Assembly (NCBI GenBank): GCA_014381465.1
Contig: JACNLP010000043.1
Span: 3,010-67,009, forward strand
Reading direction: 5' to 3'
Length of the DNA: 64,000 nucleotides
DNA from: Flavobacteriales bacterium
Lineage (GTDB): Bacteria; Bacteroidota; Bacteroidia; Flavobacteriales; BACL11
Part shown: one piece after another, positions 18,018 to 26,540 of the stretch
Layout of the letters: the number at the start of each line of letters is the position of its first letter
Numbering within the stretch: the first letter of the stretch is position 1
Notes under the pieces: generated by a model
The model's input: only the letters and a program-made list of their open reading frames with translations
Database searches by the model: none
Told to the model about the DNA's origin: nothing
Position numbers and translations under genes: made by a program

Positions 18018-20585
18018 ATGAAAAATATATTCCTACTTTTTGTTTTATTATTTTGCTATAATTTTTCTTTTGCTCAAGTTTGGGAAGAACAACTTTTACT
18101 ACTAAATGAAAACGCTACGCTTGCTGAAAAAATTACAGCTTTTAATGATTACAAATCTCTGAATCCTTACACAAAGGGAAATGGGTATAAGCCCTATGCT
18201 CGTTCATTATATTTTTTAGAAAAAAGAATGCCTGAAAATGGTGTTTTTCCATCCTCTGCTTTATTTACCGAGTGGAAAAAAGAAAAAGAAAAATTAGCCC
18301 ATTCTAAAATTTCTTCCTCATCCAATTGGCAGCCATTAGGTCCATTTGACACTCCAATTATTTTGTCAAACGGAAAGAAAAGAGGAAATGGAAGAGTAAA
18401 TGCAATTGCTTTTGATCCTTTTGACCCTGATATTATTTGGATTGGCTCTCCCGGTGGCGGGCTTTGGAAAACCATTGATGGTGGAAATAATTGGACTACC
18501 AACACTGATAATCTTCCTGTTATAGGGATTTCATCTATTGTTATACATCCTACAAATAATCAAATTATGTACATAGCAACTGGGGATGCTGATGGTTCTG
18601 ATACCTATAGTGTTGGCGTTTTGAAAAGTATAGATGGTGGAAATACATGGAATACAACTGGACTTAGTTATGGGGTGAATCAAAGTAAAAGAATTAATAA
18701 GCTAATCATAAACCCTAATTATCCCGACAGTTTGGTAGCTGCTACAAATAGTGGAATTACCATTAGTCCTGATGGGGGCACTACTTGGATAAGCATATTA
18801 ACTGGCAGAATGCGTGATGTTGAGTTTAAACCAAATAATCCTTCTGTAATTTATGCTGCATTGGACGCTTCAAGTGGGGCTTCTAAAATATATCGAACTA
18901 CAAATGCAGGAATTGGCTGGACAATATTAAGCGGTGGCTTGCCAACTGCTGGATTAGATAGAATTTTATTGGGCGTAACGCCAGCAAACCCTGAAGTAGT
19001 TTATGCTCTTATCGCTAAATCTGATGCTGGTTTTTATGGTTTTTATAAATCCTCTGATGCAGGAAGTACTTGGGTAACACAAATGGATTGCCCTAATAAT
19101 ACTGCTGGATGTAATATTCTAGGAAGAAATACTGATGGAACTTCTGATGGGGGGCAATCATGGTACGATATGAGCTTGGCTATTTCTCCTATTAATGAAA
19201 ACATCATCTATGCTGGCGGAATTGCACTTTGGGAATCTTCTAATGGAGGGCAAAATTGGAATATTGAAGCTAGTAGTGGAAGTGGAAATTATGCCTATAT
19301 GCATGTAGATCAACATGCCTTGGAATACAATCCTATCAATAATGTTTTGTATGCTGGAAATGATGGCGGATTTTACAAATACTTAGACAACTTAAATACT
19401 TGGACGGACATAAGTGATGGTTTAGAAATATCTCAATTTTATAGATTAGGGCTTTCTGTTAGTAATGCGGATATTCTTATTGCTGGGGCTCAGGATAATG
19501 GAACCGAAAGGCTCTCTTCCGTAGGTTGGGATGCTATAAGAGGAGCTGATGGAATGGAGTGTATTATCGATCCTTATAATCCAAACACACTTTATTCTTC
19601 ATCACAATATGGGGGATTAAGAATTTCTTATGATGGCGGAAACAATTGGTTTAACTTCAAACCTGTTTCTTATAGTGGTGCTTGGGTAACTCCATATAAA
19701 ATGCATCCTCTTGATAATAATTTTATTGTAGCTGGCTACCAGGAGGTTTATAGAACAACAACAGGAGGTGCTTTTTGGGATTCTATTTCTAATAATCTTA
19801 CAGGAAAAACCGATATAAGAACAATTGCTTTAGCCCCATCAGATATGGATGTTATTTATGCTGCTACCTATTCAAAACTATCCGTTACTTTTGATGGCGG
19901 AAATACATGGGCTAATATAAAGCCAGGACTTCCGAGTTCAACAATCTCTGATGTAACTGTATCAGCAAACGACCCAAATTGGGTTTTTGTAACTTTTTCA
20001 AATTACACCAATGGAAGTAAGGTGTACGAATCAACTGATGGAGGAAACACATGGACAAATATTTCTGGTTCAAATTTACCTAACTTACCCGTAAATTGTA
20101 TAGTTTATCAGGATTTAACTAATGATGATTTGTATATTGGTACAGATGTGGGGGTTTATCATAAAGATAATAGTATGTCTGAATGGCAAGCATTTATGAC
20201 AAATTTACCTAATGTAAGGGTTGATGAATTGGAGATACATTATGGCTCAAGCAAAATAAGAGCCGCCACATTTGGCAGAGGTATTTGGGAAAGCGATTTA
20301 CAAACTCAACCAAGTGGGATAGCAAATAATTTTATGTCTTATGTGCATATTTATCCCAATCCATCTAATGATTATTTTATTTTAAGCACTCCTGAAAATG
20401 CCTTAAATAAAAACCCTAGACTAATTATTTATAACTTAGCTGGTCAAATCGTTTTATCAGAAAAAATTGAAACTACTAATCAATTTATTGATGTTTCAAA
20501 ATTAAAATCTGCTTATTACATTTATGAAATAAGTGGTATTGGACTAAGAACTGTTAGAAACAAATTAATTGTACTTCCAAATTAA
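18018..20585 (+). CDS. BNR/Asp-box repeat (sialidase- or sortilin-like propeller) protein with a T9SS C-terminal domain
   Basis: ATG at 18018 (MKNIFLLFVLLF). At least eight SxDxGxTW-type boxes (TIDGGNNW, SIDGGNTW, SPDGGTTW, SSDAGSTW, SYDGGNNW, TFDGGNTW, STDGGNTW). C-terminus IYPNPSNDYFILS...AYYIYEI...NKLIVLPN. Confidence 0.8.
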   Translation: MKNIFLLFVLLFCYNFSFAQVWEEQLLLLNENATLAEKITAFNDYKSLNPYTKGNGYKPYARSLYFLEKRMPENGVFPSSALFTEWKKEKEKLAHSKISSSSNWQPLGPFDTPIILSNGKKRGNGRVNAIAFDPFDPDIIWIGSPGGGLWKTIDGGNNWTTNTDNLPVIGISSIVIHPTNNQIMYIATGDADGSDTYSVGVLKSIDGGNTWNTTGLSYGVNQSKRINKLIINPNYPDSLVAATNSGITISPDGGTTWISILTGRMRDVEFKPNNPSVIYAALDASSGASKIYRTTNAGIGWTILSGGLPTAGLDRILLGVTPANPEVVYALIAKSDAGFYGFYKSSDAGSTWVTQMDCPNNTAGCNILGRNTDGTSDGGQSWYDMSLAISPINENIIYAGGIALWESSNGGQNWNIEASSGSGNYAYMHVDQHALEYNPINNVLYAGNDGGFYKYLDNLNTWTDISDGLEISQFYRLGLSVSNADILIAGAQDNGTERLSSVGWDAIRGADGMECIIDPYNPNTLYSSSQYGGLRISYDGGNNWFNFKPVSYSGAWVTPYKMHPLDNNFIVAGYQEVYRTTTGGAFWDSISNNLTGKTDIRTIALAPSDMDVIYAATYSKLSVTFDGGNTWANIKPGLPSSTISDVTVSANDPNWVFVTFSNYTNGSKVYESTDGGNTWTNISGSNLPNLPVNCIVYQDLTNDDLYIGTDVGVYHKDNSMSEWQAFMTNLPNVRVDELEIHYGSSKIRAATFGRGIWESDLQTQPSGIANNFMSYVHIYPNPSNDYFILSTPENALNKNPRLIIYNLAGQIVLSEKIETTNQFIDVSKLKSAYYIYEISGIGLRTVRNKLIVLPN

Positions 20586-21475
20586 AGTATAGCATCCATC
20601 TCTATTATAAAGTGTTTTTTCTGATTTCCTGGAGCAAATACTATTCCAATACTAACAATTATTTCTTCTTGATTTTTCTTCCTTATTTTCATCAAAAATG
20701 GTCCCCCCATAAATTTTTTCTCCATTTTCCAAAGCCCTCTATAGGTATTTGTAGATATTTCTAAAGGAAATCTTTTTTCTATTTGAACAAAATTATTTTC
20801 TCCTTTTCCTTTGAGTGTTTTTTCTAAAACAGAATCAACTTTTATTATCAAGTTTTCTTGAAAATTTATTTCATTTACTTTTAATTTGAAAACCAAAATC
20901 TGTTTTATTAAATCACTTTTTATAGGATTAAATGTAGCCCAAAAAATACTTGTACTATCTACTATAATTGTGTATTCAGAAGGGATTTTCACATCTATAC
21001 CAAAATTCTTTTTTATCCTTTTGTTTGATTCAGAAAATTTTTCAGATTCTTTTTGTAACTGATTTTGATAAAAAATAGTAGTGTAACTTTCACATTTTTC
21101 TATAAATTTCTTTCTGTCACTTTCTGCATTCCACTGTAAACCAACAACAATTTGTGGGTATGCCCACAAATTGTTGTTTTTGTCTTGCAGCTGGTTTTCG
21201 GAAATCAAAATTATATTTTGATGGGTTTTGAAAATAGTAGAAAACTCTGCCGGCTTTATTCTTATAATCTTGAAAAATGGTTCTAATTGTAGTAGTCCGG
21301 GATAATTCTTTGCAAAACTTTCTTTTATTGCTTTTGATGGGTATTTATCCCAAATTTCATCAGAAACAACTACAATAATTTCGTTTGCTGAACCAGTTGA
21401 TTCTGGAAGGATTTTCTTTCCACCTTCACAGGAAAATAAAAAAGCAATAAATAAAACAAAAATAAGGTTTCGCAT
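20582..21475 (-). CDS. Lipoprotein of unknown function (DUF4837-like, from memory)
   Basis: Lipobox LFIAFLFSC. 297 aa. It follows the transglycosylase gene after 3 nt. Confidence 0.5.
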   Translation of the reverse strand: MRNLIFVLFIAFLFSCEGGKKILPESTGSANEIIVVVSDEIWDKYPSKAIKESFAKNYPGLLQLEPFFKIIRIKPAEFSTIFKTHQNIILISENQLQDKNNNLWAYPQIVVGLQWNAESDRKKFIEKCESYTTIFYQNQLQKESEKFSESNKRIKKNFGIDVKIPSEYTIIVDSTSIFWATFNPIKSDLIKQILVFKLKVNEINFQENLIIKVDSVLEKTLKGKGENNFVQIEKRFPLEISTNTYRGLWKMEKKFMGGPFLMKIRKKNQEEIIVSIGIVFAPGNQKKHFIIEMDAIL

Positions 21476-21478
21476 TGT

Positions 21479-22786
21479 TTAGCTTGTAGGAAGAAATATC
21501 TTTTCTCCTGGTTTTAGATGGTTAGAATTTAAGTTATTATGTTCGATTAATTCCTTAACGCTAATTCCATCATATCTATTTGCAATATCCCAAAGCGTAT
21601 CGCCTTGCTTTACAATATAAATAGGGTGATCAATTTTTTTCCTCTCAACTGTTTTAAAATCCTTTTTTATAAAAAGCACTAACTTTTTTCCGATTTTAAG
21701 CTTATCCGTTTTAAGCTTATTCCATTTTCTAATTTCATGAATTGCTACTCCATTTTCCTTTGCAATTTTCCCCAAATAATCGCCTTGCATTACTACATAA
21801 ATCAATCTGCTTTCATCTATCAAAATTTCTTTTTGATTAACCGATTGAATATAAGAATAATAAGATTGTTCGTTTATCACAAAATCCATCATAATATCTT
21901 TAGGAAGTGTAATGATAGTATTTTTTGGAAATACCTCTTTGGTGATACTTGGGTTTAATTCAGAAATAATCTCTTTATCCACACAGGTTAATTCCGATAA
22001 AATCGAAAATTCTATTTGCATATTTAAAGTAATTGTATCTGTTTTCCCAATAGTATTTTTTGGCTGCTGAATTTCAATTCCATATTCGTGACAATAATTC
22101 ATTACATAATTTACAGCAATAAATGCTGGTACATACCCCCTTGTTTCTCTTCTTAAATAAGGTCGTAATTCCCAATAATCATATATCCCTGTTTTTGCCA
22201 TAGTTCTTTTTAAATATCCGGGTCCGCCATTGTATGCGGCTAAAACCAAATTCCAATCTCCAAACATTTCATAGAGTTTTGCAAAGTACTGACAAGCCGC
22301 TTGAGTTGATTTTAAAGGATCTTGTCTTTCGTCTAGATAAGAAGTAACATTTAAGTTGTACTGCTTGCCTGTTGTGTACATAAATTGCCACAAACCTTTT
22401 GCTCCAGAACGAGAGCGAGCTCTAGGGTTTAAAGCAGATTCTACAATTGCTAAATATTTGAATTCTAACGGAATATCGTATTTATCTAAGCATGCCTCAA
22501 ACATAGGAAAATACTTTGGCGACAATCCTAACATTCTGGATACTAGTTTTTTATTTCTTCCTAAATAAGAGTTTATGGAATTTTCAACAGCCGTATTACA
22601 AACTAAATCTATCGGACTTTTTTCGTTTAGCAGTTTAAGGCGTTCTTTTATTATTTCCTTCTCTGTTTTTTCATTGTTAATCTCAATGTTATTTTGCTTT
22701 AATTTTGTCGAATCTTTCGGTAAATTAATCGCAAAAGCATATTGGAAAAACAAAAAAGCTGCTATGCTTATTATTCTTTTTTTCAT
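21479..22786 (-). CDS. Lytic murein transglycosylase with two C-terminal LysM domains (MltD-like)
   Basis: SLT active-site region AIVESALNPRARSRSGAKGLWQFMYTTGK. LysM segments YVVMQGDYLGKIAKENGV and YIVKQGDTLWDIANRYDGISV. I chose the ATG at 22786 (MKKRIISIAA). Confidence 0.85.
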   Translation of the reverse strand: MKKRIISIAAFLFFQYAFAINLPKDSTKLKQNNIEINNEKTEKEIIKERLKLLNEKSPIDLVCNTAVENSINSYLGRNKKLVSRMLGLSPKYFPMFEACLDKYDIPLEFKYLAIVESALNPRARSRSGAKGLWQFMYTTGKQYNLNVTSYLDERQDPLKSTQAACQYFAKLYEMFGDWNLVLAAYNGGPGYLKRTMAKTGIYDYWELRPYLRRETRGYVPAFIAVNYVMNYCHEYGIEIQQPKNTIGKTDTITLNMQIEFSILSELTCVDKEIISELNPSITKEVFPKNTIITLPKDIMMDFVINEQSYYSYIQSVNQKEILIDESRLIYVVMQGDYLGKIAKENGVAIHEIRKWNKLKTDKLKIGKKLVLFIKKDFKTVERKKIDHPIYIVKQGDTLWDIANRYDGISVKELIEHNNLNSNHLKPGEKIFLPTS

Positions 22787-22858
22787 CTTAAATTTATATT
22801 CCAACAAAATTCGGAAATATCTAATTACATCTCTGTAAAGATCCTTTGTAGTTTTTAA

Positions 22859-24283
22859 CTATAAACTGTTGATTAGATTGTGTGAAAAAGCCAAAAGATC
22901 GGCTTCATGAAATGGTTTTGCCATTAACTGTGTTCCAAAAGGCATGCCATTTGAGTGCCTGGCAAGAGGTAAAGAAATTGCAGGATTTCCACTCAAATTT
23001 GCCAATACCGTAAAAATATCTTCCAAATACATTACAATAGGGTCTTTGTGTTCTAACCCTAAATTGAATGCGGTGTGGGGAGTTGTTGGGCTTAAAATAA
23101 AATCATAATCTTTTAAAATTTTATTGGTTTTATCTTGAATTAGTCGCCTCATTTTTTGCGCCTTTGTATAATACGCATCATGATAACCAGCACTTAAAAC
23201 AAATGTCCCAAGCATAATTCTTCTCTGCACTTCTTTCCCAAAACCCTCTGTTCTTGTTTTTGTATATGTAGATTCAGGACTATTTGCATTACTACTTCTA
23301 AAACCATAGTGTACTCCATCAAATCTTGCCAAATTAGAAGATGCCTCAGCAGTAGAAATAACATAATAAGTTGGCACCAAATAATTTAAATAAGGAAAAG
23401 AAACTCTCTCCACAATATGTCCATTGTTTTTTAAGGTTTGAATTTGGCTTTCAATTGTGGATTTAATTTCTCCATCTAAGCCTTCATTTTCAAAAAATTC
23501 TGGAAAATATGCAATTCTCTTAGTGCTTTTATCTTCTAAAAGATAAGTGTATTTGTCTGTTTTTTTAGTAGATACCGTACTATCAAAATCATCTTCTCCA
23601 GCTATTATCTCTAGTATAATTGCCGCATCTTCTACTGTGTTTGTAATAGGGCCTATTTGATCAAATGATGACGCAAAAGCAATAAGCCCAAATCTTGAAA
23701 CTCTCGAATAAGTTGGCTTAAACCCAATTGTTCCACAAAAAGATGCAGGTTGCCTAATAGATCCTCCAGTATCACTACCCAAAGTTGCTAAGCATAAATT
23801 TGCCGCTACTGCTGATGCTGCCCCACCTGATGATCCTCCAGTTACTTTTGTATTGTCTAAAGGGTTTTTTGTAGCACCATAAATCGTATTTTCATTTGCA
23901 CTTCCCATAGCAAATTCATCACAATTTAATCTACCAATAATTATTGCATCTTCATCCAATAAGCGCTCAACTACTGTTGCACTATAAAGAGATTCAAATC
24001 CTTCTAAAATTTTGGAAGCTGCAGCTGATTTATGATTTTTATAGCAAATATTATCTTTAATCCCTATTACCATACCTGCTAATTTCCCGGCATTTCCATT
24101 TGCTATTTTAGCATCAATTTCTTTTGCATTTTTGATTGCTTCTTCAGTAAAAACTTCAGCAAAAGCATTGAGGGTTTTATTATTTTCAATATTTTGAATA
24201 TAAAATTCTACTAAGTTAAGGCAAGTGGTTTCCCCGGCTTTTATAGCATTTTTTATGCTATTTAAGGATCGATAAGTATTCAA
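22859..24283 (-). CDS. gatA: Asp-tRNA(Asn)/Glu-tRNA(Gln) amidotransferase subunit A
   Basis: Amidase signature GGSSGGAASAVAANLCLATLGSDTGGSIRQPASFCG. Confidence 0.92.
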   Translation of the reverse strand: MNTYRSLNSIKNAIKAGETTCLNLVEFYIQNIENNKTLNAFAEVFTEEAIKNAKEIDAKIANGNAGKLAGMVIGIKDNICYKNHKSAAASKILEGFESLYSATVVERLLDEDAIIIGRLNCDEFAMGSANENTIYGATKNPLDNTKVTGGSSGGAASAVAANLCLATLGSDTGGSIRQPASFCGTIGFKPTYSRVSRFGLIAFASSFDQIGPITNTVEDAAIILEIIAGEDDFDSTVSTKKTDKYTYLLEDKSTKRIAYFPEFFENEGLDGEIKSTIESQIQTLKNNGHIVERVSFPYLNYLVPTYYVISTAEASSNLARFDGVHYGFRSSNANSPESTYTKTRTEGFGKEVQRRIMLGTFVLSAGYHDAYYTKAQKMRRLIQDKTNKILKDYDFILSPTTPHTAFNLGLEHKDPIVMYLEDIFTVLANLSGNPAISLPLARHSNGMPFGTQLMAKPFHEADLLAFSHNLINSL

Positions 24284-24295
24284 TGGTTTTCTTAA

Positions 24296-24493
24296 TTAAT
24301 TATCCTCTTTGTTCTGCTTAGTACCATCCATTTCATCTTCAATTTCTTTCTTTCCTTTTTTGAATTCGCTAATTCCTTTTCCTAATCCCCTCATCAATTC
24401 AGGAATTTTTTTTCCGCCAAAAAGTAATAATATTGCAACTGCAATTAGTGCTATTGATGCTCCTGATGGTATTGCTAATAAAATATTGCTCAT
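24296..24493 (-). CDS. tatA: Twin-arginine translocase subunit TatA/E
   Basis: 65 aa with one TM helix followed by [25 protein letters not shown]. Confidence 0.88.
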   Translation of the reverse strand: MSNILLAIPSGASIALIAVAILLLFGGKKIPELMRGLGKGISEFKKGKKEIEDEMDGTKQNKEDN

Positions 24494-24518
24494 TTTTTAA
24501 TTGGTTTTGTTTAATTCA

Positions 24519-24526
24519 CAAAAATA
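24519..24526 (-). promoter_or_regulatory. Candidate -7 promoter box (TAnnTTTG)
   Basis: TATTTTTG on the minus strand, 25 nt upstream of the tatA ATG. Confidence 0.35.
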
Positions 24527-24538
24527 GTAATTTCTTTC

Positions 24539-25795
24539 TTAGTGGGCCTTATAAAGCCAAAGGGAAGGGTTTTGTTTGTCATAATTTTTCCAAATCTCAA
24601 AATGAAGGTGCGTTTTCTGCTTGTTTTCATTTGTTATAACAACCCCTATTTGCTGTTTAGCAATTATTTTTTCACCTGCCTTTACGCTCACTTCTTTTAG
24701 CCCAGAATACACACTAAAATACTCTCCATGATTTATTAAAATCACCTTTCCCTCTCCTTTTATTAAAAATATTCTAGATATTTTTCCGTCAAAAATAGCT
24801 CTCACTTTTGATCCTTTATCAGTAGCTATGTCTATTCCATTATTATATGTTTCAATATTTTTAAAAACTTCATGTTGTTGTTTTCCAAATCTTTGCACTA
24901 TAATTCCTTTGTCAAGTGGCCATGGTAATTTCCCTTTATTTTCTAAAAAATCATCCGATAAAGCTTTTGCTTCTGGAGTTAAAGAATAACCCTTTGCATC
25001 TCCTTTTTTTTCTTTTGCTCTTGCTTTTCTTATTTCCTCTTCAATTATTTTTCTAATTTTTTCTTCTAATTCTTTGGCAACTTGCTGCTGTTTTTGCAAT
25101 TCTTTTTTAAAATACTTTTCAGATTTTTTGAGCTTTTTTATCAGTATTTTTTTATCCTTTTTTTGAATTTCTAACTCTGTTACTTCTGTTTTTTTAGATA
25201 TTATAAGTGCTTTTTTATTTTCTTTGTCGCTTTGTAAATCAGCTTTCTGGTTTTCCAAATTAACTATTTCATTCGAAAGATCCTCTTTTGTTTTTGTAAT
25301 TATTTCGGCTTGTGTTTTTCTATGCTGAGTATATTGCTTTAGATATTTAATCCTTTTATATGCTTGATTAAAACTTTTAGAAGAAAAAATAAAAACCCAA
25401 TTATCATAGTTGCTTTTATTTTTAGATGCATAATAAATCATCTTAGCATATTCCTGCTGCAATCTTTTTAACTCTTCCTGTTTTTCTTGAATCTTAAATT
25501 GGTTATCCGCTATTTTTATAGTGGTTTTTCCTATTTGCCTTTGAATAAATCCAATTTCAATATTTAACATTTGTAAAAGTTCTTCTCTATTTTTTACTTG
25601 TTTACTTAAGGTTTTTAGATGTGTTAAGGATTTTTCCTTATTCTTTTTTGTTTTTTCTAATAATTTATTGGTGTATTTTATGTCTTTTTCTATTTGTTCC
25701 TTTTTTTCTTTTAGATCTTTTTTGCTTTGCGAAAAAGTTGGTAGAGAAAACAAAATAAGCAAGATAAAGGTGGTATGTTTAATTAGTTTCAACAT
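24539..25795 (-). CDS. M23-family murein DD-endopeptidase or hydrolase activator with a long coiled coil (EnvC-like architecture)
   Basis: Signal peptide, about 250 aa of K/E/Q heptad sequence, then a C-terminal LytM/M23 domain (GIDIATDKGSKVRAIFDGKI...INHGEYFSVYSGL...HLHFEIW). Confidence 0.8.
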   Translation of the reverse strand: MLKLIKHTTFILLILFSLPTFSQSKKDLKEKKEQIEKDIKYTNKLLEKTKKNKEKSLTHLKTLSKQVKNREELLQMLNIEIGFIQRQIGKTTIKIADNQFKIQEKQEELKRLQQEYAKMIYYASKNKSNYDNWVFIFSSKSFNQAYKRIKYLKQYTQHRKTQAEIITKTKEDLSNEIVNLENQKADLQSDKENKKALIISKKTEVTELEIQKKDKKILIKKLKKSEKYFKKELQKQQQVAKELEEKIRKIIEEEIRKARAKEKKGDAKGYSLTPEAKALSDDFLENKGKLPWPLDKGIIVQRFGKQQHEVFKNIETYNNGIDIATDKGSKVRAIFDGKISRIFLIKGEGKVILINHGEYFSVYSGLKEVSVKAGEKIIAKQQIGVVITNENKQKTHLHFEIWKNYDKQNPSLWLYKAH

Positions 25796-26540
25796 AACTT
25801 TTTGGAATAGTAAACTGCATTTTTTGTACTTTATTTACTGTAATTTTAGAGTAATTGAGTTCTATTAAAAAGCTCTCGCTTGTCTGTACATCAAGCATTA
25901 CATTTTTAGGAATGGTAAAATCGTTTTCTGTTACAATATATTCTGTTAAGTTAAATTTAAAATATTCATCATTACTTTTAAAATAGCTACCCTCAATAAT
26001 TCTAAAATTGTCTTTTTCTATACTAAACGAAATTATCCCTTTTTCCTTATTCCTTGCTGAAATTAAATATCCTTTCTCATTTTCTGAAAAACTATATTTT
26101 GCTTTATCAATACTTGGGGTTCCGAAAAACATATCTTGAACTTGCTGAAAATTAATCTCCGTTTTTAGATGTTTGTGTAAATTAGAAATTGGCTGTTTGC
26201 TAAAAGTAGATTTTAGAGTGTTCATATAAAAAACACTGTCTGCTCTAATAACGGCTCTAAAAATTTCTATCCCAAAGGGAGCTCTAACCGACATCCAAAT
26301 AGCACTATCTTTTCTAATACGAATATCAGTTGAAAATTTTATTTGTTGGCCTTCTTTATCTAAACTTATTTTCCCTTTTAAAGATAGCCATTCTGGAGGC
26401 TTGTTATTTATCTCTACTTTCTCAATAAGTGCTTTTGCTGATTTTGGAGGGGTAGCGGTATTGCTTATTGTCATCTTTTTCACATTACATGCAGTAATGA
26501 GAAAAATACCTATAATTAGAAATAATAATTGCTTATTCAT
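25779..26540 (-). CDS. Lipoprotein, DUF4292-like (possibly a LolB-like fold)
   Basis: Lipobox GIFLITAC. 253 aa. It overlaps both the upstream TPR gene (8 nt) and the downstream M23 gene (17 nt). The family assignment is from memory of the conserved TPR/DUF4292/M23 neighbourhood. Confidence 0.5.
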   Translation of the reverse strand: MNKQLLFLIIGIFLITACNVKKMTISNTATPPKSAKALIEKVEINNKPPEWLSLKGKISLDKEGQQIKFSTDIRIRKDSAIWMSVRAPFGIEIFRAVIRADSVFYMNTLKSTFSKQPISNLHKHLKTEINFQQVQDMFFGTPSIDKAKYSFSENEKGYLISARNKEKGIISFSIEKDNFRIIEGSYFKSNDEYFKFNLTEYIVTENDFTIPKNVMLDVQTSESFLIELNYSKITVNKVQKMQFTIPKSYVETN

